Positions 37,388 to 49,800 of a DNA stretch of 64,000 nucleotides are shown here, in pieces. The position numbers and the translations under genes are program-made. The notes beneath the pieces are model-generated. The model saw only the letters and a list, made by a program, of their open reading frames with translations. It ran no database searches and was not told the DNA's origin. The stretch is taken from assembly GCF_018977255.1 (NCBI RefSeq), contig NW_024704743.1:41108001-41172000 (forward strand). Reading direction: 5' to 3'. The DNA is from Callorhinchus milii (taxonomy: Eukaryota). Each line of letters opens with the position of its first letter. The first letter of the stretch is position 1.

Positions 37388-39105
37388 ACAACAACAACAA
37401 CAACAACAAGATTCCATTTATAGAGCGCCTTTCACGTCGGGAGGACGTCTCAAGGCGCTGGACAGTTGGGTCAGGAACCGAGCAGGGGGGAAATGGTCAG
37501 GGTGAGGGGAGGGAAGGGAGGGAGCGAGGAGGGGAAATGGTCAGGGTGAGGGGAGGGAAGGGAGGGAGCGAGGAGGGGGTAGAGAGTCGAGAGGGGAGCT
37601 GAAGGCACGGTCAAAGAGAAAGGTCTTGAGACCGGCCTTGAAGGAGGAAAGGGAGGAGGCGGCGAAGGCACTGGGGGATAGAGTTCCAGAGCCTCGGGGC
37701 TGAGAGGCTGAAGGCCCGGCCACCAATGGTAGGGCAGTTGGGACGGGGGATGTGGAGCATACTGGAGCCAGAGGAACGGAGGGTACGGGCAGGTAGGTAG
37801 GGGGATAGTAGGTCGGAGAGGTAGGAGGGAGCAAGGCCGTGAATGGCCTTGTAGGTGAGGATGAGGATCTTGAATTCGATCCTCTGGGGGATGGGGATGG
37901 GATGTGGTCCCGAAGCCTGGTGCGGGACAATACACGAGCTGCAGAGTTCTGAATGACCTGCAGCTTGTGGAGGGAGGTGCCGGGAAGGCCGGCGAGGAGA
38001 GAGTTCCCATAGTCCAGTGTTGAGGTGATAAAGGCAAGGACCAGAGTTTCAGCAGCGTGAGGGGTGAGGTAGTGCCGTAGTCTTGCGACATTCCGGAGGA
38101 GATGGAAGGTGAAGAGTGCACCCTTGGATGCTGATGCTGTCAGCGCCTGAGGTGCGGAGGCGCTGACGTGAGCCAATCAGGAGGGCCTCAGTTTTATGCA
38201 CGCTGAGCTGAAGAAAGTTGTCTCTCGTCCAGGACTCGATGTCGGACAGGCAGGCTGTCAGGACATCGGTGGTCGTGGAGTTGAGGGTAGAGGAGGAAAG
38301 GTAGAGTTGGGTGTCATCCGCATACATGTGGAAGTTAACCCCCATGTCTGCGGATGATGTCACCAAGGGGGAGCATATAGAGGGTGAAGAGGAGGGGACC
38401 AAGGATAGAGCCTTGAGGGACACTGCACGAGACAGTGCGGGGGCCGGAGGAAAAAACATTCGTGGAGACAAAGTGAAGATGGTGGGAGAGGTACGACCTA
38501 AACCACTCAAGGACAGGACCTTGAAGGTTTAGGTGGGAGGACAAGCAGTGGAGGAGGATAGCGTGGTCGACCGTATCGAATGCTGCTGATAGGTCGAGGA
38601 GGCAAAGGGAGCCCTGGTCACAGATGGTCAGGATGTCATTGGTGACCTTGACCAGGGCAGTTTCTGTGCTATGGGCAGCACGGAAACCAGACTGAAGGGG
38701 TTCGAATAATGAATGGTTGGAGAGGAAAGAGCGCAGCTGGGAGGCGACAACTCGTTCCAGGACCTTGGACAGGAAGGGGATGTTGGAGATGGGCCGGTAG
38801 CTTGATAGCTGCGACGCATCAAGGGAGGGTTTTTTCAAGGTGGGAGTGATGGTGGCAGTTTTCAAGGAAATGGGAACAGAGCCAGAGGAGAGGGACAGGT
38901 TGACGATGTCTGTGATATGTGGGGCAAGGAGGTGGAGCTGGGAGATAAGGAGTGGAGTGGGGATGGGGTCAAGGGAGCAGGTGGTGGGTTTCAGGGATAG
39001 GATGAGTTTGGTGACAGAAGGTGAGGAAACGGGTACGAAAGTGTGTAGGGGACGATGGGTAGGAGTCGGAGTGTGGGAGGGAGGGGTTGGGGGGTGGGTG
39101 GATGT
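37388..39105 (-). mobile_element. L2 LINE, 5'-truncated, young
   Basis: ORFs 38335-38865 (YRPISNIPFLSKVLE, QSGFRAAHSTETAL, DLSAAFDTVDH, PQGSILGP) and 38049-38510 (YADDTQLY). (CAA)n tail. Confidence 0.96.
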
Positions 39106-39254
39106 TCCTCCCGCTCGCTTGAAAGTCTAACCACATTTCTCACACACCACTGTTCCACGGACAAAATGTCACTTCATCAGTTGCACAGTATCAATAGAAA
39201 GGTAACAGTGGTGGAAACAACTGATTTAGGGACACAGTAGACCCAAATCAATAC

Positions 39255-39500
39255 TTCAGGATGAATAATGACAGTAGATCAAGAGGATATAGGTTTAGAG
39301 TTGTAAAGGACAATTTCAGGACAGGTACCAGGAAGTTTTTCTTTACACAGAGGGTACTTAACAACACAATGACACTGGACTTATTAAAGAACAGCCTGAT
39401 TCGGTGATGGGGGGACAGTAAGATGGGTATTCTGGAGGAATGAGATTGGATGGGCCAAAGGGTCTTCTTCATCTAGATCAATCTTGTGATCTGTGATCTT
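39255..39500 (+). mobile_element. CR1 3' fragment
   Basis: CAATTTCAGGACAG...TTCTTTACACAGAGGGT...GATGGGCCAAAGGGTCTTC. Confidence 0.7.
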
Positions 39501-40046
39501 GCGATTCCAGGTTAAATATTATAATAGTAATGATCCTTACATTTGCTATGGTGACTTTGACCCTACAATATAATACAAATGTATACTTATACTATATAGC
39601 ACCTTTTACATGGGGGAAGATGGCCCAAGGCCTTGACATATTAAGAGAAAGAGAGTGGTAAAGGGGAATGTGAACCCATTAAAGACAGATATAGGTGAGA
39701 CTATAATGAACAATAAGTGGCAGGCTTGTTGAATGAATACTTTGCTTATGTTTTCTCAATAGAGGAAGAGTACAAAATACTAGTGGTACATAGGAACCTG
39801 AAAATCAGCCAAATGGATATAATATCAATAAAAAAAGGTAATGGAGAAAATAATGGGACTAAAGATAAACAAATCTCCAGGACCTGATAGATTCCATTCC
39901 AGGGTATTAAAAGAAGAAAGGGAGGATATTCCAGATGCATTAGTCATAACTTTCCAAAGCTCTCTATATTCGGGAATTGTGACCTTGGATTGGAGAATTG
40001 CAAATGTCACTCAACCATTTAAGAAGAGAGGGAGGGAGTAACCAGG

Positions 40047-40175
40047 TAACAACAACAACAACAAAAGATTACATTTGTACAGCACCTTTCACGTCAGGAG
40101 GACGTCCCAAGGCGCTGGACAGTGTACAGCATTTCAAACCCGAGCTGAGGTCGGGGGGGGAGAAGGGAGGGGAGG
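40047..40175 (-). mobile_element. L2 3' tail inserted in CR1
   Basis: (CAA)n...CACCTTTCACGTCAGGAGGACGTCCCAAGGCGCTGGACAG. Confidence 0.88.
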
Positions 40176-40790
40176 GTTCTCAGATTTGTCATCTTAACTT
40201 TATTTTTACTTTCATTTTTAGTTGTGGGGAAGTTACTGGAATCTCTCATCAGGGACAGAGTGACTGAGCACTTGGACAAATATGAATTCATCAAAGAGAG
40301 TCAGCATGGAATTGTGAAAGGTAGGTCATGTCTGACAAATCTAATGAAACATTTTCAGGAGGTCACTAACATAATGGACAAACAAGTCTCTATGGATGTC
40401 ATCTACATGGACTTCCAGGAGGCATTTGGTAAGGTTCCGCACAAGACGTTATTAGCAAAAAGGAAAGCGCAAGGAATTGGAGGTAACCTTACAACATGGC
40501 TTGGAAATTGGTTGAGAGGTACAAAACAGAGAGTAAGGAAAAGGGATGTTCTCTGACTGGTGGGATGTGACAAGTGGTGTTCCACAAGGGTTTGTACTGG
40601 GTCCTCAGCTTTTCACCATATATACAAATGACGTGGATGAAGGAGTAGAGAGTTCTATATCCAAACCTGCAGATGACACACTGTTTGGAGGCACACTAAA
40701 TTGTATAGGTGGGAGCAGGAAGTTACAAAGGGACATAGACAAATTAAGTGAGTGGGCAAAACTATGGGAGATGGAATTCAATGTGGGGAA

Positions 40791-41272
40791 GAATGATACC
40801 AGGAATGGGGAACCTTAGCTATGAGGACAGGTTGGAGAAGTTAGGAATTTTCCCATTAGAGCAGAGAAGGTTACGCGGGGACCTGATAGAGGTCTTCAAG
40901 ATCATAAAGAGTTTCGACAGGCTAGATAAGGAAAAGCTGTTTCCGCTGGTAGGTGTGTCTGTGACCCGTGGTCACAGTCTTAAGATATCTACCAAAAGAA
41001 GCAGAGGGGAGGTTAGAAGAATTTTTTTCACTCAGCGAGTTGTTCGAATTTGGAATGATCTGCCTGAAAGGGTAGTGAAGTCAGATTCAATAACAGCTTT
41101 TAAGAGAGAACTGGATAGGTATCTGGGGAAGACGGGTTTGCAGGATTATGGGGAGAAAGCTGGTGATTGGGGTTAGTGAAAGTGACTTGCTCTGTCAAAG
41201 AGTCGGCACAGACTCGATGGGCCGAATGGCCTCCTTCTGTACCGTAACATTCTATGAATTTATGAATCTATG
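40791..41272 (+). mobile_element. Young CR1 3' fragment nested in an older CR1
   Basis: ORF 40748-41176 (YEDRLEKLG...RRLRGDLIEVFKI...FFTQRVVRIWNDLP), GGGCCGAATGGCC hairpin, (TCTATGA)-type tail. Confidence 0.92.
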
Positions 41273-41399
41273 AAAAATAAGTGTGAGGTCATCCACTCTG
41301 GATCCAAAAATGGCAAAACAGAATATTTTCTAAATGGTGAGAAACAAAGAGCTGTGGAGGAGCAAAGGGATTAAGATATCCACGTACCCAAATCACTAA

Positions 41400-42350
41400 A
41401 ACATGGGGTCAATTTTCACATATATGCGGATGACACACAACTCTTCCTCTCTGTCTCTACCCTTGACTCCAGGACCACTGCTGTCCTGATTGAATGTCTG
41501 CCGGACATCAAGTCCTAGATGAGAGCTAACATTCTCCAGTTGAATGTCAACAAGACTGAGGCTCTCTTGATTGGCTCTTGTCAGCGCCTCCACACCTCAG
41601 GCACTGACAGCATCACCATTCATGGTTGCACACTCCACCTTGCTAAGCCAGTCCGGAACATTGGGGTCTTGTTTGACACTCAACTATCCTTTCTACACAC
41701 ATCTCCACCTCCGCAACATCGCCTAGCTCCACCACTGTCTCACAGCTCAAGCAACCCAAAACCCTGATACATGCTTTCATTACATCGAGGCTCGATTATG
41801 CAAACTCATTGCTTGTCGGCCTCCCCAAATCCTTCCTCCACAGGCTGCAGATCATCCAGAACTCTGCAGCCTGAGCCCTTTCCTGTACTAGGCTGCGCGA
41901 CCCTATCACCTCCATTCTTGTCCAACTTCACTGGCTTCCCATCATACAAAGGATACAGCGCAAGATCCTGGTCCTCACCTTCAAAGCCCTCCATGATTAT
42001 GCTCCCCCCTACCACTGCGACCTCCTAATCCCCTACCATCCTGTTCACTCTCTCTGCTCAGCGGGCTCTGGCCTGCTTCATGTCCCCGTCCTCGCTCGCC
42101 CCATCATTAGCAGCCTGGCCTTCTGCCACTCTACCCCCATCATCTGGAACTCCATCCCGCTTTCCCTTCGCCTCGCGCCCTCCCTTGCCACTTTCAAGAT
42201 GCATCTCAAGACCCTCCTCTTCAACTGTGCTTTCGATCTCCCTGCTTCCTCCCCTGCCCTCTACCCTTCCCCTCCCCAAACACCAATTCACATACATACG
42301 GAACTCACGCGAAAGGTGCTTTACAAATGTTATTTTGTTGTTTTTGTTGT
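41400..42350 (+). mobile_element. L2 3' half nested in CR1
   Basis: YADDTQL at about 41423, LQLNVNKTEALL, tail AAAGGTGCTTTACAAATG...(TTG)n. Confidence 0.92.
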
Positions 42351-42550
42351 AAAAACAAGTACACAGGTAGAAAAAAAAATATCAAAAAGGCTAATGGGTT
42401 ATTTGCCTTTATCTCAATGGGGGCTGGACTATAAAAGAGAGGAAATAATACTTCAAATGTATAGAGGCTTGGTTAGACCCCATCTAGAGTACTGCATGCA
42501 GTTTTGGACACCGCACCTCAGAAAAGATATATTGGCCCTGTAGAAGGTCC

Positions 42551-42752
42551 AACAACAACAACAACTTGCATTTTTGTGGCGCCCTTCATGCGGGGTAGAG
42601 TCCCAAAGCGCTTGATAGTGGCGGAGTCTGTCTTCGAGCCAGTGGAAGGGAGTGGGTAGGTGACCATCAGTGCAATTAAAGAGGAAGGTCTTTAGATGAT
42701 ATTTGAAGGTGGGGAGGAAGGCGGAAGAGGGATTGAGGGAGAGAGTTTCATA
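42551..42752 (-). mobile_element. L2 3' tail nested in CR1
   Basis: (CAA)n-CTTGCATTT...GCGCCCTTCATG...CCCAAAGCGCT. Confidence 0.85.
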
Positions 42753-43249
42753 GCAGATGCAGGAGAATGATATGAGGGCTTAAAGGTTTGATTTATGAGG
42801 ACAGGTTGCATAAACATGGTCTGTATATTCCCTTGAGCTCCAAATATTGAAGGGGTAATCTAATTGAGACTTTTAAAACAATAAAGAATTTGACAGATTA
42901 ACTACAGTGAAACTATTTTGTTTGGTGGGGAAATCCAGAACAAGGGGACATAATCTTACAATTAGACCTAGGCCATTCAGAAGTGAAATCAGAAAGCAGT
43001 TTTTCACACAAAGCATAGTGGTAATCTGGATCACTCTCCCCCAAATAGCTGTGGATGCTGGATCCATTTAAAAGTTCAAGACTAAGGTGGATAGATTCTT
43101 GTTAGGTAAGGGTATCAAGTTTGGGGCTTGGGGCTGGTAATTGGAATTGAGGTACAGATCAGCCATGTTCGTAGAGAATGGTGGAACAAGCTCGAGGGAC
43201 TGAAGAGCCTACTCTTATTTCTAAGTTCCTCTTTTCCTATGACAGTTCA

Positions 43250-43802
43250 AGGTTTGTACCCAGAGGTATGGGCCGAATAGTAGAGGGCAAGGGTAGGGAT
43301 GGGTGGAGAGATGGCCAAGAACGTGGACAAAGAGAAATGTGTTGAGGCTGACTTTCAAGAAGGTGAGAGAAGGGGTGAATCAAAGGGATTGCAGGATGTA
43401 GTTCTGGATAGTGGAAGCAGAAAGGCTGATAGTCAGACCCCCGATAGTGGGGTAGGTAGACAGTGGCATGAAGCAGGGCTGTGCCTTCTACAAGGAGGGA
43501 GCGACTAGCTTGGTAGGTTGGGACTTCAGGTGGAAATCTCAAAGGACTTCACAGTATATATTGTAAAGTATAATAACTGTGACTTTGTAGGCAAGGTGAT
43601 GAGGGTGTTTTTTTTTAACAGATGATGACATTACTAAGTTATTTGTGTGCAGCAATGTCCTGCAAACAACCATAAAGCAAATTATCAATTTTATTTGGGG
43701 ATTGTTGGCCAGAATGCCAGAAATACTCCCTTCTCTTTTTCAATAATAAAATGGGATCGTCAGTGTCCATGTGTAAAGGCAGACGGAACCTTGGTTTAAC
43801 AA
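43250..43802 (-). mobile_element. Degenerate L2 3' fragment (43250-43545) and Deu-SINE fragment (43545-43802)
   Basis: GCAGAAAGGCTGATAGTCAGACCCCCGATAGTG (L2), then CAGCAATGTCC...GGGATC...CAGACGGAACCTTGGTTTAAC (Deu core). Confidence 0.65.
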
Positions 43803-43819
43803 CTAACTGTTTATCTTAC

Positions 43820-45200
43820 AGCAACAACTTGCATTTATAGAGTGCGCTTCACAAGCTGTAACTTCTCATAGTACTTAATAATGGCATAGATTGACAAGGA
43901 GCCAGGGAGAAAGGGTAGGTAAACGTAGGCATAGGTTGAAGAGGAAAGGCTTCAGGGACAATTTGAAGATGGGCAAAAAAAGGGGCAAGGCAGAGGGATT
44001 GTCACATGCACTTTCAGAGGTTCAGAGCATAGTGGATAAAAGCATGGCTGCTGATCGTGGCGCAGAAAGTGCAAGGTACCTGTAGAAGGTTCGACCTCAC
44101 TGAGCAAAGGTAGCAGAGAAATGATTTGTTTGCAGATGACACAAAGTTAGGTAGGGTAGTAAACAGTGAGAAGGATAGTAGCCAACTGCAGGAAGACATA
44201 TATAGAATGGTAAAATGGGCAGACATATGGCAGATAAGTTTCAATGTGGAGAAATGCGAGGTAATGCATTTTGGGATAAAGAATGAGGGGAGGCAATATA
44301 GGCTGGTAATACAATCTTAAGGGGGGTGAAGGAACAGAGAGACCTGGGGTTTCAGGTAAATAAATCCTTGAAGGTGGCAGGACAGGTAGATAAAGCTGTA
44401 AAAAGGGCATATGGGATACTAGGCTTTATAAATAGGGGCATAGAGTACACGAGTCAGGAGGTTATGATTAATCTATATAAAACACTGGTTAGGCCTCGGT
44501 TAGAATACTGCGCCCAGTTCTGGACACCAGACTATAGGAAGGATGGTAAGGCATTGGAAAGGGTGCAGAGGAGATTTATGAGGATGGTACCAGGAATGAG
44601 GGACCTTGATTATGAGGAAAGGCTTGAGAGGCTGGGATTATTCTCATTGGCGAAGAGAAGGTTACGAGGAGACCTAATAGAGGTCTTCAAAATCATGAGG
44701 GGATTTGATGGGTTAGAAAGGGAAAAACTGTTTCCACTGGTGGGTGTGTCAGTGAATCAAGGTCACAGATTCAAAATAGTCTCTAAAAGAAGCAGAGGGG
44801 AGGTGAGAAGAATTTTTTTCACGCAGTGAGTTGTTCGAATCAGGAACACATTGCCTGAAACGGTGGTCGAGGCCGATTCGGTAACTACTTTTAAAAACGC
44901 GGTGGACGGGTATTTGAGGAGGATGGGTTTGCAGGGTTATGGGGAAAGGGCTGGGGAGTGGGATTGACATTAGTTGCTCTATTCAAAGAGTCAGTACAAA
45001 CTCGATGGGCTGAATGGCCTCTTTTTGTGCTGTACGATTCTGATTCTATGATTCTATGATCCGAGTGTGAGTAGGTATGAAAAGTAGGGAGGTGCCAGAA
45101 TATGAAATTATTTATTAGGTGAATGTGAGGATTTATAAATTGATCGTTCTCTGACAGGAAGCAAGTGGAGCCAGTTAAGTACTGAGGTAATGTGGGTGCA
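43820..45200 (-). mobile_element. Degenerate L2 split by a CR1 (43820-44120 and 45062-45200)
   Basis: Tail CAACAACTTGCATTTATAGAGTGCG. The sequence resumes colinearly after the CR1 tail. Confidence 0.65.
44122..45061 (+). mobile_element. Young CR1 3' portion
   Basis: ORFs 44126-44320 (FADDTKLG...FNVEKCEVMHFG) and 44326-44829 (LVRPRLEYC...RRLRGDLIEVFKI). Tail (ATTCTATG)n. Confidence 0.95.
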
Positions 45201-45244
45201 GAAATTTGTACGGATGAGGATATGGATGATGGAAAAAATCCAAA

Positions 45245-45367
45245 GCATGGCACCTCCAACAATGCAGCACATCCAAGCACTGTAATGGATGTCAACGTAG
45301 ATTGTATGAGTTTAAGTCCTAAATGAGGTTTGAACACAAGCAAGAATGCTATCAATTGAGCCAGCCT
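45245..45367 (-). mobile_element. Deu-SINE 5' fragment
   Basis: GGCACCTCCAACAATGCAGCAC...GAATGCTATCAATTGAGCC. Confidence 0.65.
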
Positions 45368-45592
45368 AAATTATAGCAAATTGTGGAAAAACATAATATC
45401 CAAAGGAAGGATGAGGATGCACTACATTGTAATCTTGGTAAAGAAAATATATTTGATACGCAACTCACTTCAAATTATCTGTTTAATTGAAACACAAACC
45501 TTCATTTTAAAAGTTTAAAAAGGCTTTAAGTTGTCCAGCATCTGCAGTATTTTGCCATTTGTTTGAGTTGTCAAAGGTCTTTCTGCTCTGTT

Positions 45593-46803
45593 AACAACAA
45601 CAGCAAATTAGATTTGTAAAGCGCCTCCAATGTCAGGAGAATTTCCAAGGCGCTGGACAGTCAGGAATTTGGAGCCGGGTAGGGGGTTGGGATTGGGGGG
45701 GGTGGGGGGGGGGGGGGTTGTAGCAGGAGGGTAGGTGTAGGAGAGTGGCCGAATGCATAGTGAAAGAGGACAGTCTTGAGACGTGCTTTGAAGGAGGCAA
45801 TAGAAGGAGCAAGACAAAGGGATTGTGGGATAAAGTTCCAAAGGGTGGGGGCAGAGAAACTGAAGGCCCGACCACCGATGGTGGGGCGGGCTGGGCAGGG
45901 GACGGGTGAGCAGGCCGGAGCCTGCTAAGCAAAGGGAGCAGACAGGTTGATATGGGGTTAGCAGGTCACAGACATAGGAAGGAGCAATGCCGTGGAGGGC
46001 CTTGAAGGTAAGGACAAGGATTTTGAACTCTATCCTCTGGGGTAATGAGGAGCCAGTGGATCTAAGCGAGGGTAGGGTTGATAGGGTCATGGAGCCTGGA
46101 GCAGGAGAGGACACGAGCTTCAGAGTTCTGGAACATTTGCAGCTTGTAGAGGAAAGGGTTGGGAAAGCCAACAAGCAGGGAGTTGGTGTAGGCGAGCTTA
46201 GATGTAATAAATGTGTGGATGAGCATTCCACCAGCCTGAGGGCAGAGGCAGTGGCAGAGCCTGGCAATGTTGCAGAGGTGTGGGAATGCAGAGTGTGTCA
46301 TAGCACGGATGTGGGGTAGAAAATACAGTTGACAGTCAAACAAGTCGCCAAGTTTCTGGACTGGCTTAGTAAGGTGGAGTATGTATCCATGGATGGTGAT
46401 GCTGTCAGCACTGAGGTGTGGAGGTGCTGACAGGATCCAATCAGGAGAGCCTCGGTCTTGTTGACGTTCAACTGAAGAAAGTTAGCTCTCATCCAGGACT
46501 TGATGTCTGACAGACATTCTGTCAGAGCAGCAGCAGTCCTGGATTTGGGTGTCATCCGGAAGTTGACACTATATCTGTGGATGATGTCACCAAGATGGAG
46601 CATATAGATATTGAAGAGGAGAGGACCAAGGATAGAGTCCTGAGGAATACTGCACGAGATAGTGCGGGAGCTGCAGTAGAAGCTGTTTTGGAACAATGTG
46701 GAGACGGTGTGATATGTAGTATCTGAACAAATCAAGGATAGAACCGTGAAGTTTGAGGTGAGAGGAGAGGTGGTGGAGGAGGATAGGGTGGTCAACAATG
46801 TCA
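45593..46803 (-). mobile_element. L2 3' half
   Basis: ORFs 46298-46828 (PQDSILGPLLF...FLQLNVNKTE) and 45608-46267 (QRIEFKILVLTFKALHG). CAA tail. Confidence 0.94.
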
Positions 46804-49800
46804 AATAACTAGGTGTGCAAATAGTCACAATATTTCATTGACATCCAATTAAAAATATGCTTGGGAAACATTTAAAGACAATTTTACCAAAATGACAGTC
46901 TTCTGACCCAACAAAAGGGGTTTCAGATGCCATTCATGAATCTAATTAACACTAAATCTTTCATTGATATGTTAGTGTGTTCATGTGGGAATTCAAACCA
47001 ATGAACACATTGTTGATTCAATATGCTCGTGTTTGCTTAATGTATCTATTTGCAGGTTCAGGGATTACTCTCATATAACTCTGAATAAGCTTGTTTCCTT
47101 TCTTACCTACGGTCAACTAATATCAGCAATGTCCATTGAACCTCTTTCTCTGCCCCACCCTCTCTTCTCAGCTCTACATCTAACCTAACTTATTTTCCAC
47201 TTATCTCTACACAAGCCCGGAGTTCACATTTGGCTCAGTTTGATCTCCGCCTTTGAAATGGCTATAATTCTGGGTAGATTTTAGAAGTGCGAGAATTTCC
47301 TTTTGAGCCGTATTCTTGAGTGCATTAATAAAGGGAGGAGGTGATGGGGACAGGGATTTGATGTGAATTTGACAGCTGAATTGCAAAAAGTCACTGTAGA
47401 ATTTTAAGATATTTAGCATTGCTGAACCAGCGCTCTGTGTTAAAACAATACGAAGCAGACATGCTCTCTTCTCAGCAATGCTCAGCACGAAAAATGGCAG
47501 CACTCATTTGTAATTAATTCTCCCTCTTTAAATCTCCCCGTTTTTCCAGAAAGATTGTAGTCAGTGGCAGGATACCATGCTTAGATAATTAACAAAAACA
47601 CTGCAGGATGCTGATAGCACAGCAGCCAATGCCTACCATTTTCAGAGATTAAGGAAAGCAATATAATTAGCCAGTTCAACAAAGCTACTGCAGAGGCTTG
47701 AGAATATGATAGTTGATTAGGTAATTCCATGCCAGAACACTTTTATCTTCAAATGCAAAAGATCCAGTAAGTGGTGTTTTGTAAGAGCAGTCTTTCATAT
47801 GGGGTTAAGTAAATCCTTAAATTCCTGGATTTATATAGGCTGCTCTTCATGAAAATAGAATGAGTCTGGATACACGTTTTGTTGCGTTTTTCCCTTTTAT
47901 TACTATCTAATCATGCAAAATTGTAGCATACATCTACCCCTTCTCATCATTTTCATGTCATACAAGTTTAGGATCAAGTAGAGCATGCCCCGAATGGCTG
48001 ATGCCAATATGGGGATGACCTATTCAATGTCTTTATAAATGGTCCACAAATGTTCTCAGAAAGCATTAAATTGAAACTACGTTTTGTCAATTCCCTTTCA
48101 TTGTCCATTATCTGGTCACCTTTAGAAGCAAAAATGACAGTAATTCATCACAAATCTAATGAGGTGGGACTGATTACTAAAGCTGGATATACACTCCTGC
48201 TGCCTGTTACGTGGCACTTTCTATACTGTGCTCAAGACTCAGATTCATTATTAAAGAATCTCACTGAGAAACACCGCAAATTAGATCCTAATATCCTGTT
48301 TTATCTTCTGACTAATTGCATACAATGTACAATGATTAAAGGGCACCATTGGATGGTTACACAAACACTCAGTGATTCATTTGCTTCGGTTTTTATTTTA
48401 CAGAGCTTATTAATGTTCCAAGTAATGATTGGTAAGGATGCAGGCGGGAGTCAATTACAAACCCTGACAATTGAACTAAAAGTAAATACTGAATATTGTA
48501 AAATTAAAAGTTAAATAATTTAAGTAGTTAAATACATGTGCTTTCAGATACGAGTATTAGCAAGTATGGTGACATGAAAATATGCTCTGCATTGTTTAAT
48601 CCTGAGATATAAGCATGTAATGGTGACAGTTTTAGACACAATTGCTTATTAAACCCCAAACAAACTTGAGAAAATAAAATAGATGGATGAATTCTAGAAT
48701 TGCTTCCAATGCTGAATTGGGCCAGACTTTCTCTTGATTTTCTAAATTCACATAGTTTGAATGAATTTGGAATTTAAACAATATGAACTGGCAATGGAAA
48801 ATCTCAACTTTTATTGAAATTCTGAATCTGAATTTTCACTTTTAGATGAGAATTCTTTTTCATTTGGAAACTGAATTTTTGTCACATTAGTAAGTATGTT
48901 TGTTTTTCATTCACTTTGAGAAACTCAGAGGGGACTCTTTAGCTGGACGGAATAATTTTTCATTTAGCAATCCTGTTGTTTTTTGTACCAATGTAAAATC
49001 ATCTCTTTCAAGCAATGTTCTGCTGATGTGTGTGACACTCCTCATGGTAATTAGTTCATTTGTTCTTCAGAGAATCCTTAGACACTAACATCAAAAAGAC
49101 CAATACTCACTGCCTACACTCCAGCATGATGTGATAAGGAATCATTAACTCACTGAGCCGCTGCATACCAAATGGATTCAGCAACCTCATGTGACAAAGG
49201 AAGGAAACTGAGGAAGAGGCAGAATTAGTTAAAAATAAATGACAAAAATATTATTAAATCAATAATTTAACCACCCTGGGATGCTAGCCTGTAAGGAGGG
49301 TGCAAAATAAATACTTCTTGTTGTATTTGATATTGAGATATCAAAGATGAAAATAATATAAATTGATTTTCAGAGACTTGTGAAATTTGGGATGTACAAT
49401 CTGTTCATTGATGAAAAATGTGGTCAAACCGGGTTAGCTATTTACAAAGACATGATTTAGTCTGTGGATATGTTCTTCGAATACACTACACGATTTGTGT
49501 CAAAGTGAAACAGTAGATTTGCTGACCTATAGATCGTGGTATTGCATATCACGAATCCATTGACACAATGGGTAGAGTTGCTTTCTTCTGTTCTGTAAAT
49601 TTCTCTATACCAATGTCATTGGTTATCTTTAGGACCAACCATTGTGATAGAGTGTGTGGAAGTCATTAGCCAGTTAGGCCGCAGGCATGACTGAAGAGTT
49701 GAAAGTGACTTGATGCTGTGTTGGGAGGATGGTAGGGTAAGTGTTCTGGATGGATGATTTCAGATCAGCTGAACGGCTTTCTTCATTCAAACCAATCTTC

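Larger units (their letters stand above)
39640..43232 (+). mobile_element. Older CR1 ORF2 and 3' end, fragmented by four nested insertions
   Basis: Colinear pieces: KSPGPDRFHSRVLKE (39841), SQHGIVKGRSCLTNL...YMDFQEAF (40224), GVPQGFVLGP...ADDT...MEFNVGK (40546), CEVIH (about 41282), LVRPHLEYC (about 42470), and the 3' end at 42755-43232. Confidence 0.88.

Noticed and set aside
48050..48514. 154-aa ORF in unique sequence
   Set aside because: AT-rich, no recognisable motif and no convincing splice boundaries, so probably a chance ORF.
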